A DNA stretch of 32,000 bases from Thermus thermophilus HB8 (GTDB lineage: Bacteria; Deinococcota; Deinococci; Deinococcales; Thermaceae), in the NCBI RefSeq assembly GCF_000091545.1, contig NC_006461.1, positions 862,778 through 894,777 on the forward strand. The letters are read 5' to 3'. Each line of letters opens with the position of its first letter. Position 1 is the first letter of the stretch. Made by a program: the position numbers and the translations under genes. The notes below the pieces were generated by a model. The model did no database searches and was not told the DNA's origin. It worked only from the letters and a program-made list of their open reading frames with translations. Shown here piece by piece: positions 18,294-27,889 of this stretch.

Positions 18294-18351
18294 GCCAGGA
18301 GCGGGCGGTTGTTTTGCCGGGGCCCCATGCCGGCGCAGACCGGCACGGGGT

Positions 18352-19650
18352 TTACTTCCCCACGCAGAAGTTCTGGAAGACCCGGGCCACCACCTCCTCC
18401 GCCACCTCCTTGCCCGTGAGGAGGGCGAGGGCCCGGGCCGCCTCCTCCAGGGCGAGGCCCATGAGGTCCTCGGGGAGGGAGAGGGCCTCCTCCAGGCGCT
18501 CCCTAGCCCGGAGGAGGGCTTCCACCTGGCGCTCGGTGAGGAGGACCTCCCCCCCCTCCCTCCCCAAAAGGGCCTCCCTTACCGCCTCCTTGAGCCGGTC
18601 CAGACCCTCTCCCGTGAGGCTGGAGACGGGGAGGAACTCCGGGTCCTCCCAGGCCGGGGGAAGGTCGCTCTTGGTGGCCACCTTCAGCGTCCTCGCCCAA
18701 GGCAGGGGGGGCGGGGCGGGCTTGGGCTGGGAGCGGTCCACCACGTAAAGGACCAGGTCGGCTTCCTCGGCGATTCCTAAGGCCCTCTCCACCCCCATCC
18801 GCTCCACGGGGTCCTCCGTCTCCCGCACCCCGGCGGTGTCCACGGCCACGAGGGGGATGCCGAAAAGCTCCAGGGGGGCCTCGAGGTAGTCCCGGGTGGT
18901 TCCGGGGATGGGGGAGACGAGGGCCCGCTCGTACCCCAAAAGGGCGTTGAGGAGGCTGCTCTTCCCGGCGTTGGGGGCCCCGATGAGGGCGAGCCTGGCC
19001 CCCTTCTGGGCCAGGCGGGAGGCCTTGGCCTGGGCGAGGAGGGCCTCCACCTCGGCGAGGACCTCCCGGATGGTCCTTTCCGCCTCCAGGGGCTCCACCC
19101 CCTCCTCGGGGTAGTCCAGGAGGGCCTGGATGTGGGCGAGGAGGTTTAGAAGCCGGTTCTCCAAGGCCTCAATCCGGCGGGAAAGGGCCCCCTCCAGCGC
19201 CCTCAGGGCCTGCCTCCGGGCAAGCTCCCCTTCCGCCTCAATGAGGGCCAAGACCGCCTCCGCCTGGGCCAGGTCCATCTTGCCGTTCAGGTAAGCGCGA
19301 AAGGTAAACTCCCCGCGCCCCGCGGGCCTTGCCCCTTCCGCCACCAGGACCTCCATCACCCGGCGGAGCACCGCGGGAGAGCCGTGGGTCTGGAACTCCA
19401 CCAGGTCCTCCCCCGTGTAGGAACGGGGGGCGCGGAAGACGAGGAGGATCGCCTGGTCAATGGCCTCCCCCGTCTTAGGGTCCACCACCTCGCCCAGGGC
19501 GAAGCGCCCGCCCTTAAGGCGCCTCGGGTCCTTACCCCGCCACACCCTTGCGGCGATCTCCAGGGCGCCCTCGCCGGAAAGCCGCACCACCCCGATGGCC
19601 CCCTTCCCGGGGGGGGTGGCGATGGCGCAGATGGGGTCTTTAAGGTTCAC
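18352..19650 (-). CDS. mnmE: tRNA modification GTPase MnmE
   Basis: [23 protein letters not shown]-domain [14 protein letters not shown] and DTAG, and a C-terminal FCVGK. The GTG start overlaps the hicA stop (GTGA). Confidence 0.95.
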   Translation of the reverse strand: MNLKDPICAIATPPGKGAIGVVRLSGEGALEIAARVWRGKDPRRLKGGRFALGEVVDPKTGEAIDQAILLVFRAPRSYTGEDLVEFQTHGSPAVLRRVMEVLVAEGARPAGRGEFTFRAYLNGKMDLAQAEAVLALIEAEGELARRQALRALEGALSRRIEALENRLLNLLAHIQALLDYPEEGVEPLEAERTIREVLAEVEALLAQAKASRLAQKGARLALIGAPNAGKSSLLNALLGYERALVSPIPGTTRDYLEAPLELFGIPLVAVDTAGVRETEDPVERMGVERALGIAEEADLVLYVVDRSQPKPAPPPLPWARTLKVATKSDLPPAWEDPEFLPVSSLTGEGLDRLKEAVREALLGREGGEVLLTERQVEALLRARERLEEALSLPEDLMGLALEEAARALALLTGKEVAEEVVARVFQNFCVGK

Positions 19651-19859
19651 GCCCGGCGAAACTCCTCTTCGGTGATCCCCGCTTGTTTCAGAACGGTCTT
19701 AAAAAGACCCCAAGGTATCTCGCCGGAGTGCAGGGGCAGCACCACCTTTCGGCCGTCCGGGTGCACGTAGACCCGGTGTCCCCCTTTGCCCCGACGGGGG
19801 AGCGGCTTGAAACCTAGCCGCTCAAGCTTCCGGGCCACCTCGGAGGTCTTAGGCGGCAT
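19647..19859 (-). CDS. hicA: HicA-family mRNA interferase toxin
   Basis: 70 aa: [62 protein letters not shown]. The HicA/YcfA fold pattern with its catalytic His is present. Confidence 0.85.
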   Translation of the reverse strand: MPPKTSEVARKLERLGFKPLPRRGKGGHRVYVHPDGRKVVLPLHSGEIPWGLFKTVLKQAGITEEEFRRA

Positions 19860-20079
19860 CCAGGGAAATCTGGGCCACGGTCACATCGGGAGGCGGGGCC
19901 TCCCCCAAGGCTTCCAAGGCCTCTAAGGCGGCTTCCAAGGCGTCCTTGGCGTTTTCCAGGGCCTCTTCCGGGGAGTGGCCGAAGGTGGCGCACCAGGGCA
20001 GGGCGGGCACCTCAGCAAGCCACACCCCTGGGGTCTCCGGGTCGGGGCGTAAGACGACGGTGTAGCGCATCCCTTTCAT
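19849..20079 (-). CDS. hicB: HicB-like antitoxin (UPF0150), short form without a DNA-binding domain
   Basis: [50 protein letters not shown] matches the HicB N-domain pattern. It overlaps hicA by 11 nt. Confidence 0.8.
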   Translation of the reverse strand: MKGMRYTVVLRPDPETPGVWLAEVPALPWCATFGHSPEEALENAKDALEAALEALEALGEAPPPDVTVAQISLDAA

Positions 20080-20080
20080 T

Positions 20081-21355
20081 CTACAAGGCCTTCCTCAGGG
20101 CCTCGAGGGTCTTTTCCACGTCCTCCTCCCTGTGGGCCACGGAGAGGAAGGCCGCCTCAAAGTTGGAGGGAGGCCAGTAAATACCCCGGTCCAAGAGGCC
20201 GTGGAAGAAGCGCTTGAAGAGCTCCGTGTCCGTGCGCCTGGCGTCCTGGAAGGTGACCACGGGGCCTTCCGTGAAGAAGACGGTGATCATGGAGCCCACC
20301 CGGTTCACCGTGTGGGGAAGCCCCTTCTCCTTGAGAACCTCCTTCAGGCCCGCCTCCAGCCTGGCCCCCAGGTCCTCTAGGTAAGCGTAGTAGCCGGGGT
20401 TCTCCTCCAAGAGCTCCAGGGTGGCGAGCCCCGCCGCCATGGCCAAGGGGTTCCCGGAAAGCGTCCCCGCCTGGTAGACGGGGCCCAGGGGGGCCACCTT
20501 CTCCATGATCTCCCGCCTCCCCGCGTAGGCCGCGGCGGGAAGCCCCCCGCCCAGGATCTTCCCCAGGGTGACGAGGTCGGGCTTAAGGCCGAGAAGCTCC
20601 GTGGCCCCGCCGAAGGCCAGGCGGAAGCCCGTCATCACCTCGTCGGCGATGAGGAGGACCCCGTAGGCCTTGGCCTCGTGGAGGGCCTTAAGGAAGTCCT
20701 CCGTGGGGACCAGGACCCCGGCGTTGCCGACCACGGGCTCAAAGATGATGGCGGCGATCTCCTCTCCCCGCCGCTTCAGCACCTCCCGCAGGCCCTCGGG
20801 GTCGTTGTACTCCAGGACCAGGGTGAGCTTGGCGTATTCCTCGGGCACCCCGGCGGAGGAGGGGACGCCCAGGGTGAGGGCCCCTGAGCCCGCCTCCACC
20901 AGGAGGCCGTCCGCGTGGCCGTGGTAGTTCCCCCGGAACTTGACGATGTAGGGCCTTCCCGTATACCCCCGGGCGAGGCGGAGGGCCGACATGGTGGCCT
21001 CGGTCCCCGAGTTCACGAAGCGCACCAGGTCCACAAAGGGGTAGGCCCGCTTGACCTTCTTCGCCAGGGCCACCTCCAGAGGGCTTGGCGCCCCGAAGGT
21101 GAGGCCCCTTTCCAAGGTCTCCCGCACCCGGGCGAGGACCTTGGGGTGGGCGTGGCCCAGGATCAAGGGCCCCCAGCTCATCACGTAGTCCAGGTAGCGG
21201 TTCCCGTCCGCGTCCCAGACGTAGGCCCCTTCGCCCCGCACCAGGAAGGGGGGGGTGCCGCCCACGGCCTTGAAGGCCCTGACCGGGCTACTCACCCCGC
21301 CCGGGATGTGCCGCTTCGCCTCCTGGAAGTAGGCCTCGGAGATGGGCCGCTCCAT
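20081..21355 (-). CDS. hemL: glutamate-1-semialdehyde 2,1-aminomutase
   Basis: MERPISEAYFQEAKRHIPGGVSSPVRAFKAVGG... and ...DEVMTGFR...LGKILGGGLP. The track ORF begins 3 codons earlier at GTG 21364. Confidence 0.95.
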   Translation of the reverse strand: MERPISEAYFQEAKRHIPGGVSSPVRAFKAVGGTPPFLVRGEGAYVWDADGNRYLDYVMSWGPLILGHAHPKVLARVRETLERGLTFGAPSPLEVALAKKVKRAYPFVDLVRFVNSGTEATMSALRLARGYTGRPYIVKFRGNYHGHADGLLVEAGSGALTLGVPSSAGVPEEYAKLTLVLEYNDPEGLREVLKRRGEEIAAIIFEPVVGNAGVLVPTEDFLKALHEAKAYGVLLIADEVMTGFRLAFGGATELLGLKPDLVTLGKILGGGLPAAAYAGRREIMEKVAPLGPVYQAGTLSGNPLAMAAGLATLELLEENPGYYAYLEDLGARLEAGLKEVLKEKGLPHTVNRVGSMITVFFTEGPVVTFQDARRTDTELFKRFFHGLLDRGIYWPPSNFEAAFLSVAHREEDVEKTLEALRKAL

Positions 21356-21403
21356 GCCCCCCACTCTAGCGGCTTTCCCCCGGGAAAGGGTAGCCTTGGA
21401 GGG

Positions 21404-21721
21404 ATGAGCGGGTGGACCTACCTCTTCCTCGCCATCCTCTCCGAGATCCTGGCTTCCAGCGCCCTCAAGGCCTCCCAGGGCTTCAGCCGCTTCCTCCCGA
21501 GCCTCGTGGTGGTGGGGGGCTACGGCCTCGCCTTTTACTTCCTAAGCCTCTCTTTGAAGACCGTTCCCCTGAGCCTGGCCTACGCCGTCTGGGCCGGGGT
21601 GGGGACGGCGGCCATCGCCCTCATCGGGGCCTTTTTCTTCGGGGAGGCCATCTCCCCCAAGGGGTGGCTCGGCATCGCCCTGGTGGCGGTGGGGGTGGTT
21701 CTCATCCGCCTGGCGGACTAG
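21404..21721 (+). CDS. SMR-family small multidrug efflux protein (EmrE/QacE-like)
   Basis: 105 aa: MSGWTYLFLAILSEILASSALKASQGF...YAVWAGVGTAAIALIG.... Four TM helices and the conserved Glu in TM1. Confidence 0.85.
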   Translation: MSGWTYLFLAILSEILASSALKASQGFSRFLPSLVVVGGYGLAFYFLSLSLKTVPLSLAYAVWAGVGTAAIALIGAFFFGEAISPKGWLGIALVAVGVVLIRLAD

Positions 21722-22353
21722 GGGCGAATGGGCCTAAGCCCCAGGGCCTCGAGGTGGGCCAATAGCGGCCTCAGATCCAAGGCCCCTACGTAGAGAAGCG
21801 TCCGGAAGCCCAGGCCCCCCGCCTCCCGGAAAAGGTGGAGGCCGAGGAGGGGCGTCCGGGTGGCTTCCAAGGCCTCCAAAAGCGCCCTCAGACGGGGAAG
21901 GTCCGGCACCAGGACCTCGAGGGGGCTTGCCGGGGCCCCAGGGCGTAAGTGGTCCAGGAGACCCCTGAGCAGGTCAAAGGCCGTGACCAGGCCCACCAAG
22001 ACCTCCTCTTCCACCACCGGAAGGGCGCCCACCCGGGCGGCCTCCATGCGGAAGGCCGCCTCCTCGGGAGACTCCTCCGGGTGGGCTTTGGGGAACTCCT
22101 GGAGGAAGCGGGCCACAGGAGCTTCCCACTGGGCCTGCACCGAAGCGGGGGCCCAAGGGGCGAGGAAGGGGCGGAGGTACCTCTCCCCCACCATGCCCCG
22201 GTAACGGCCCCCGTCCACCACGGGCAGGTAGCGCACCCCCGTCTGGACCAGAAGGCGGTGGGCCTGCCCCAGGGGCACCTGGGGCCCTACCACCACGAGA
22301 TCGGTGCGCATGAGGTCCCGCAGGACCGGGGTCCGGGCCAAGGGCGCTCTCAT
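21718..22353 (-). CDS. CBS-domain pair protein with a C-terminal ACT-like region
   Basis: LMRTDLVVVGPQVPLGQA...VRYLPVVDGGRYRGMV and ...ALPVVEEEVLVGLVTAFDLLR are two CBS motifs. Confidence 0.75.
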   Translation of the reverse strand: MRAPLARTPVLRDLMRTDLVVVGPQVPLGQAHRLLVQTGVRYLPVVDGGRYRGMVGERYLRPFLAPWAPASVQAQWEAPVARFLQEFPKAHPEESPEEAAFRMEAARVGALPVVEEEVLVGLVTAFDLLRGLLDHLRPGAPASPLEVLVPDLPRLRALLEALEATRTPLLGLHLFREAGGLGFRTLLYVGALDLRPLLAHLEALGLRPIRP

Positions 22354-22359
22354 AAGTGC

Positions 22360-22388
22360 ATGATGGGTTACTGTTGGCCTAATGTCAA
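22360..22388 (-). promoter_or_regulatory. candidate promoter giving a leaderless mRNA for the CBS-domain gene
   Basis: On the minus strand: TTGACA (22388..22383), a 17-nt spacer, CATCAT (22365..22360), 6 nt, then ATG at 22353. No Shine-Dalgarno is present. Confidence 0.4.
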
Positions 22389-22507
22389 GTGTATTGTTGA
22401 CAGTTGAGCATCACTTATAAGACTGATAGTAACTAGACAGCCCGAACGCTCTCCCCAAGCCCCCGACATAATGCGCAACTGGCGCACCTAAAGTGCGCTC
22501 CCCAGGC

Positions 22508-23044
22508 TTACTGGCCGAAAAGGGCCTCCAAGGGCAACCGGAAGCCCGGTAGGGCCTCTCCTCCTTCCAGAACCTCGTGGGCGCGAAGAAGCCTCCCCTC
22601 CCCGCCCCGCCCGTAGACCTCCACCGCCTTGAGCTCGGGGTAGACCAGCCACACCGCCTTGGCCCCCGCCTCCAGGTAGTCCAGCACCTTGGCCAAAACC
22701 CCCTCCGCCTCCTCCCCGGGGGAGACCACCTCCACGGCGAGGTCCGGGGCCCCCTCGTAGAACCCCTCCCGGGTCACCTCCTTGAGCCTTTCGTGGGAGA
22801 GGAACCAGACGTCGGGGCTTCGCACCCGGTCGGGATCCCGGCGGAGGACGAACCCCCCCTCCACCCCAGCCACGCCGCGCCCCGTTTCTTCCAGCCAACG
22901 CATCAGGTGGTAACCGATCCGCAAAGCGATCCTTCCGTGCTCCGGCTTGGGCGGCCTCTCCTCCCGGACCTCCCCGTCCACAAGCTCCCCCCGCTCTAGA
23001 GGCAGGGCGAAGAACTCCTCGGCCGTCAGGCGGGTCTTGACCAT
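22508..23044 (-). CDS. Uma2-family (DUF820) restriction-endonuclease-like protein
   Basis: 178 aa: ...TAEEFFALP...ELVDGEV...PKPEHGRIA...PDVWFLS...PDLAVEVVSPGE.... The PD-(D/E)xK-like Uma2 pattern is present. Confidence 0.8.
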   Translation of the reverse strand: MVKTRLTAEEFFALPLERGELVDGEVREERPPKPEHGRIALRIGYHLMRWLEETGRGVAGVEGGFVLRRDPDRVRSPDVWFLSHERLKEVTREGFYEGAPDLAVEVVSPGEEAEGVLAKVLDYLEAGAKAVWLVYPELKAVEVYGRGGEGRLLRAHEVLEGGEALPGFRLPLEALFGQ

Positions 23045-23056
23045 GGGGCCTCCTCC

Positions 23057-24037
23057 TTAGTAGGTTAGCGCCTTCCTCAAGGCGGCGAGGACCCTCCTCG
23101 CGTTTGGCCGGTAGAGGTGCTCAATGGCGCTGAAGGGCGGGTAAGGGGCGTCGTAGCCCGCCACCCGGAGAACCGGGGCCTGGAGGTAGTCTATGGCCCC
23201 TTCGGCGATGCGGGCCGCGATCTCCGCCCCGAAGCCCCCGGTGCGCATGGCCTCGTAGACCACGATGGCCCGGCCCGTCGCCCGCACGGCCTCGAGGAGG
23301 GTCTCCTCGTCCAGGGGGACCAGGGTCTCCAGGTCCACCACCGTGACCTCCACCCCCTCCCTTTGGGCCACCTCCGCCGCCTCCAGCATCACCTCCACCA
23401 TGCCCCCGTAGCCGATTAAGGTGGCCGCCTTTCCCTCCCTAAGGACCCGGGCCTTCCCCAGGGGCAGGGTGTAGTACCCTTCCGGCACCTCCGCCCTCGC
23501 GCCCCGGTAGAGCTTGATGGCCTCGAGGAAGAACACGGGGTCCTCGTCCTCAATGGCGGAAAGGAGAAGCCCCTTGGCCCTTTCCGGGCTTGAGGGGATC
23601 ACCACCTTGACCCCCGGGGTGTGGCAGAGGAGGGCCTCGGGGGAGTCGGCGTGCTGCTCCGGGGTGTGGACGCCCCCGCCGTAAGGGGCCCGCACCACCA
23701 CGGGAAGCCCCACCCGTCCCCGGGAGCGGTGCCGCCAGCGGCCGAGGTGGGAGAGGATCTGGTCCAGGGCAGGATACAAAAACCCGGCAAACTGGATCTC
23801 GGCCACGGGACGCATCCCCCCCATGGCGAGCCCGATGGCCATCCCCAGGATGCCGCTTTCCGCCAGGGGCGTGTCAAAGACCCGCTTCTCCCCGTACTTC
23901 GCCTGCAGGCCCTCCGTGACCCGGAAGACCCCCCCGAGCCGCCCCACGTCCTCCCCGAAGACCAAAACCCGCTCGTCCCGGGAAAGGGCCAGGTCCAGGG
24001 CCTCGTTGATGGCTTGGACCATGTTGAGGACGCGCAT
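23057..24037 (-). CDS. 2-oxoacid (pyruvate/branched-chain) dehydrogenase E1 component beta subunit
   Basis: [49 protein letters not shown]. The ATG overlaps the E1-alpha stop (TGATG). The track start is GTG 24040. Confidence 0.92.
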   Translation of the reverse strand: MRVLNMVQAINEALDLALSRDERVLVFGEDVGRLGGVFRVTEGLQAKYGEKRVFDTPLAESGILGMAIGLAMGGMRPVAEIQFAGFLYPALDQILSHLGRWRHRSRGRVGLPVVVRAPYGGGVHTPEQHADSPEALLCHTPGVKVVIPSSPERAKGLLLSAIEDEDPVFFLEAIKLYRGARAEVPEGYYTLPLGKARVLREGKAATLIGYGGMVEVMLEAAEVAQREGVEVTVVDLETLVPLDEETLLEAVRATGRAIVVYEAMRTGGFGAEIAARIAEGAIDYLQAPVLRVAGYDAPYPPFSAIEHLYRPNARRVLAALRKALTY

Positions 24038-25077
24038 CACTCCACCTCCTCCACGTGGAGGCCTCGCCTGAGGGCCTCCCAGGCCCGCCTCTGGTCGGGG
24101 CCCATCTCGGCGTAGACGTGCTCCACGATCTCCTCGGGCCTGGGCTCGGGGGCTTCGTCGGCCAGGGCGAGCTCCCTCTGGAACTCCTCCTCAAGCTCAA
24201 GAAGAAGCGCCTTCTCCGCCTCCTCGCCCCAGAGGCCCCGCCCCTCCAGGGCCTTCCGCAGGCGGAGGATCGGGTCCTTGGCCCGCCAGGCTTCCTCTTC
24301 CTCTTTGCTGCGGTAGCGGGAGGGGTCGTCGGAGGTGGTGTGGGGGGCGAGGCGGTAGGTGAGGGCCTCGAGGAGGGTGGGGCCCTCCCCCTTCCTGGCC
24401 CTCTCCACCGCCTTCTTGGCCTCGAGGTACACGGCGAAGGCGTCGTTCCCGTCCACCACCACCCCCGGCATCCCGTACCCCTCGGCCCGCCTCGCCACGT
24501 AGTCCACCTTCATCTGGCGGCTTTTGGGGACGCTGATGGCGTAGCCGTTGTTCTGCACCAGGAAGACCACGGGGGCGCCGAAGACCGCGGCGAAGTTCAG
24601 CCCCTCGTGGAAGTCCCCCTCGCTCGTCCCCCCGTCCCCGATGGAGGTGGCCACCACCCAGTCCTCCCCCCGGTACCGCCCGGCCAGGGCGAGCCCCACC
24701 GCCTGGGGGATCTGGGTGGCGATGGGGATGTAGGGGTTCACCGCCCTGACCCCCTCGGGGAAGCGCCAGCCGGCAGGGTGGGCCCGCCAGTAGAGGATGA
24801 GGGTGTGGATGGGAAGCCCCTTGGCGAGGAGCATGGCGCTTTCCCGGTAGGAGGGGACGACCCAGTCCCTCTCCTCCAGGGCCAGGGCCACCCCCACCTG
24901 GGCCGCCTCCTGGCCCATGAAGGGGGCGTAGACCCCAAGCCTCCCCTGGCGCTGGAGGGTGAGGGCCTTCTCGTCAAAAAACCGGGCCCGGCGCATGGCC
25001 CGGTAGAGCCTCAGGGCTTCTTCCTCCGCTAGGGGGAACTCCCCTTCATCCAGATACCGCACCACCTTCGGCTTCAC
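24037..25077 (-). CDS. 2-oxoacid dehydrogenase E1 component alpha subunit (ThDP-binding)
   Basis: [21 protein letters not shown]...[13 protein letters not shown] (ThDP motif GDG...NN) and [14 protein letters not shown] start. Confidence 0.92.
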   Translation of the reverse strand: MKPKVVRYLDEGEFPLAEEEALRLYRAMRRARFFDEKALTLQRQGRLGVYAPFMGQEAAQVGVALALEERDWVVPSYRESAMLLAKGLPIHTLILYWRAHPAGWRFPEGVRAVNPYIPIATQIPQAVGLALAGRYRGEDWVVATSIGDGGTSEGDFHEGLNFAAVFGAPVVFLVQNNGYAISVPKSRQMKVDYVARRAEGYGMPGVVVDGNDAFAVYLEAKKAVERARKGEGPTLLEALTYRLAPHTTSDDPSRYRSKEEEEAWRAKDPILRLRKALEGRGLWGEEAEKALLLELEEEFQRELALADEAPEPRPEEIVEHVYAEMGPDQRRAWEALRRGLHVEEVE

Positions 25078-26191
25078 GGGGGGAGTTTACCACACGCCCC
25101 AGGCGCTCCAGGGCGAGGTGAAGCTCCTCCTCAGTCTTGCAGAAGGCGAAGCGGAAGAGGTCCTTGGGAGGGTCTTCAAGGTAGAAGGCCGAGGCGGGGA
25201 TGAGGGCCACCCGCGCCTCCTCCACGAGCCGGAAGGCGTCCCACCCGGGAAGCTCGGCCATGAGGAAGTAGGTGCCCTCGGGGACGTAGACCCTAAGCCC
25301 CATCGCCCTAAGCCCCCCGGCGAGGAGGTCCCGCCTCCTCCGGTAGCCTTCCCGCAGGGCCTCGTAGAACCCCTCTCTCCTCGCCAGCTTCAGGGCCTCC
25401 GCCACCCCGGCCTGGAGGGGCGTGGGGGCGGAGAAGCTCGTCCACTGGCGCATCCCCGCGAGGCGGGGCATGAACTCCTTGGGCCCCACGATCCAGCCCA
25501 CCCGGTAGCCCGTGGCCTCGAGGCGCTTCCCTGCGCTCCCCACGGTGAAGGTGCGCTCCGGGGCGAACTCCCTAAGGCGCCTTGGCCTCTCCCCGTAGTA
25601 GAGCTCGTCGTAGACCTCGTCGGATATGAGGAAGAGGTCGTGCGCCCTTGCGAGGCGGGCGATGGCCTCTAGCTCCCTCTCCCCGAAGACGAGGCCCGTG
25701 GGGTTCATGGGGGTGTTGAGGAGGAGGGCCCGGGTCCTTGGGGTGAGGGCCTTCTCCAGGGCGGAAAGGTCCAGGCGGAAGCCCTCAGGGGTGAGGTCTA
25801 AGCGCACAAGCCTGGCCTTGGCCCCCGCCAGGAAGGCGTCCGGCAGGTAGACGTCAAAGAAAGGCTCCAGCACCACTACCTCGTCCCCCGGGCCCACGAG
25901 GCTTTGCAGGAGGACGTAGAGGGCCTCCGTGGCCCCGGAGGTGACCACCACGCTTTCGGGCTCCACGGCGAACTCTTCGGCAAGGGCCTCCCTAAGGGCG
26001 GGAAGCCCCGCCGGGGGGGCGTACTGATCCTGGCGGCCCAAGGCGCGCCGCACCGCCTCCAGGAGGAAGGGAGGCGGGGGATTAGAGGGAAACCCCTGGC
26101 CCAGGTTCACCGCGCCCAGGCGCTGGGCGAGCCCGCTCATCCTGGGGAAGATGCTCTCCTTGGCCGCCTCGGTGCGGGGGTGGAGGCGCAT
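25046..26191 (-). CDS. class-I/II PLP aminotransferase (glutamine/kynurenine/aromatic 2-oxoacid aminotransferase type)
   Basis: MRLHPRTEAAKESIFPRMSGLAQRLGAVNLGQGFP..., ...NTPMNPTG... and ...SAGKRLEATGYRVGW. Start is set at ATG 26191. The 89 upstream codons of the track ORF are Pro/Gly/Arg junk overlapping the ABC ATPase gene. Confidence 0.9.
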   Translation of the reverse strand: MRLHPRTEAAKESIFPRMSGLAQRLGAVNLGQGFPSNPPPPFLLEAVRRALGRQDQYAPPAGLPALREALAEEFAVEPESVVVTSGATEALYVLLQSLVGPGDEVVVLEPFFDVYLPDAFLAGAKARLVRLDLTPEGFRLDLSALEKALTPRTRALLLNTPMNPTGLVFGERELEAIARLARAHDLFLISDEVYDELYYGERPRRLREFAPERTFTVGSAGKRLEATGYRVGWIVGPKEFMPRLAGMRQWTSFSAPTPLQAGVAEALKLARREGFYEALREGYRRRRDLLAGGLRAMGLRVYVPEGTYFLMAELPGWDAFRLVEEARVALIPASAFYLEDPPKDLFRFAFCKTEEELHLALERLGRVVNSPREAEGGAVSG

Positions 26192-26211
26192 GGGGATAGG
26201 GTAGCGCAAGG

Positions 26212-27123
26212 TTATGCGCTGGGGGAAGGGCGGGCCTCCCCGAAGAGGTGGAGGAAGAGGGCCTCGAGGCTCGGCGTCCCCCGGGAGACCTCGAGGACCT
26301 CCACGGGGAAAGCCCCCAAGGCCTCCCGTAGCGCCTCCCACGGCCCGAGGAAGAAGAGGACCTCGGGGCCTTCCGCGCTCCAGCCGGGGCCTAAGGCCTG
26401 GAGGAGGGCCTCCGCCTTGGGCTCGGCGAGGCGCACCCGGTACCCCTCCCCGGCCCACTCCCGGAGAAGGACCCGGGTGGGGCCCTGCCGCCGCACCTCC
26501 CCCCGGTGGAGGAAGGCCACGCGGTCGCTCACCCGCTCCACCACCTCGAGGTCGTGGGAGGTGAGGAGGATGCCCCAGCCCTCCTTCTTAAGCTCCAGGA
26601 GGATCCCCTCAAACTCCCTCCGGCTCACGGGGTCCAGGCCCAGGGTGGGCTCGTCCAGGAGGAGGAAACGGGGCTTGAGGGCGAGGGCCAGGGCCAGGGC
26701 CGCCTTCTGCTGCATGCCCCGGGAGAGGGAGGCGAGAGGGGCGTGGAGGCGGTCCTTTAGGCCGAAGCGCTCCAGCCAGGCCTCAAACCGGGGGCGGACT
26801 TCCTTTGGGGGAAGCCCCCGGATGCCCCCGAAGTAGAGGGCGTTCACCAGGAGGCTCAGGTTGACGTAGAGGTTGCGGCTTCCCTCCAGGAGGACGCCGA
26901 ACTCGTGGCCCTGGGGTCTGCGCCGCGCCCCGCCCTCCTCCAGGACCACCTCTCCCCCATCGGGGAGGAGGAGGCCGAGGACGACCTTGATGAGGGTGGT
27001 CTTGCCTGCCCCGTTGGGGCCCAAAAGGCCCAGGATCTCCCCGGCCCCAAGCTCCAGGCTCACCCCCTTGAGGGCCTCCAGCTTGCCGAAGCGCTTGTGG
27101 ACGTTCTGCACCAAAAGCCGCAT
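26212..27123 (-). CDS. ABC transporter ATP-binding protein (ABC-2 / DrrA-CcmA-like type)
   Basis: Walker A GPNGAGKTT, signature LSRGMQQK and Walker B LLLLDEPT. The start overlaps the upstream permease stop (TGATG). Confidence 0.92.
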   Translation of the reverse strand: MRLLVQNVHKRFGKLEALKGVSLELGAGEILGLLGPNGAGKTTLIKVVLGLLLPDGGEVVLEEGGARRRPQGHEFGVLLEGSRNLYVNLSLLVNALYFGGIRGLPPKEVRPRFEAWLERFGLKDRLHAPLASLSRGMQQKAALALALALKPRFLLLDEPTLGLDPVSRREFEGILLELKKEGWGILLTSHDLEVVERVSDRVAFLHRGEVRRQGPTRVLLREWAGEGYRVRLAEPKAEALLQALGPGWSAEGPEVLFFLGPWEALREALGAFPVEVLEVSRGTPSLEALFLHLFGEARPSPSA

Positions 27124-27884
27124 CAGTACCTCCCTAATAGGCCCCTCCGCCGCACCGCCGCGTAGACCCAGGCCATGGCGAAAAGCCCCGCCCCGAGGAA
27201 GAGGAGGGCTTGGACCAGGGCCAGGAGGAGAAGCCCCGGAGAAACCTCCTCCCCTGTGAAGGCGAGCCGGAGGAGGTAGGCCCCCGGGGCAAAGGGCAGG
27301 TGGGTCATCCAGGGCTCAAACCGGACCAGGGAGAAGAAGTAAGGCAGGAAGAGGAACTGGACGATGGTGAAGAAGCCCTCCACCCGCTTGAACTGGAGGG
27401 CCAAGGCCCCCATGCCGAGGGCGAAGCCCAAGGCGGCGAGGTACAGGGGCAAAAGGCCCAGGGGCCACCAGGAGGCGGGGGTGAGCCTAACCCCGAGGAG
27501 GAGAACCAGGGGAAGAAGGGTAAGGAGGTTAAAGGTGATGCCGGCGAGACCCTGCACGAGGGCGCGCAGGAGAAGCTGCCGGAGAAGCCCTCCTCGGGCC
27601 AGGCCCAGGTGCTCCAGGGTGCCTAAGGCGGCCTCGGACTGGACGGAATAGGCGATGGACTGGAAGGTGCCCACCACCAGGTTGAAGGCGGCGAAGACCA
27701 GGAGGAGGGGGCCCAGGTCCAGGCCCAGGCTCGCCAGCCCCTCGGGGGTCAGGTTCTCCAGGCCGAGGACCATGGAGTAGAAGAAGAGGACGGAGGCCAG
27801 AAGCCCCGCCAGGGTGTCAAACCAGTAGCGCTTGGTAAGGCTCCAGTCAAGAAGGATTTCGCTCCAGAGCTGCCAGAGCACCAT
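27123..27884 (-). CDS. ABC-2 type transporter permease (paralog 2)
   Basis: Six predicted TM helices and clear homology with the adjacent permease (for example GTLEHLGLARGGLL vs GTIEHLSLARGGLL, and HLPFAPGAYLLRL vs YLPFAPGAHLVRL). Start is taken at ATG 27884, 5 nt after the upstream stop. Confidence 0.8.
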   Translation of the reverse strand: MVLWQLWSEILLDWSLTKRYWFDTLAGLLASVLFFYSMVLGLENLTPEGLASLGLDLGPLLLVFAAFNLVVGTFQSIAYSVQSEAALGTLEHLGLARGGLLRQLLLRALVQGLAGITFNLLTLLPLVLLLGVRLTPASWWPLGLLPLYLAALGFALGMGALALQFKRVEGFFTIVQFLFLPYFFSLVRFEPWMTHLPFAPGAYLLRLAFTGEEVSPGLLLLALVQALLFLGAGLFAMAWVYAAVRRRGLLGRY

Positions 27885-27889
27885 GCCCC

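Noticed and set aside
22360-22407. 15-codon ORF MMGYCWPNVKCIVDS, and a 33-codon minus-strand ORF (MSGAWGERSGCLVTISL...), both in the AT-rich spacer.
   Set aside because: Neither has a Shine-Dalgarno or other translation signal. The first overlaps the proposed leaderless promoter of the CBS gene. They are most likely chance ORFs in AT-rich DNA.
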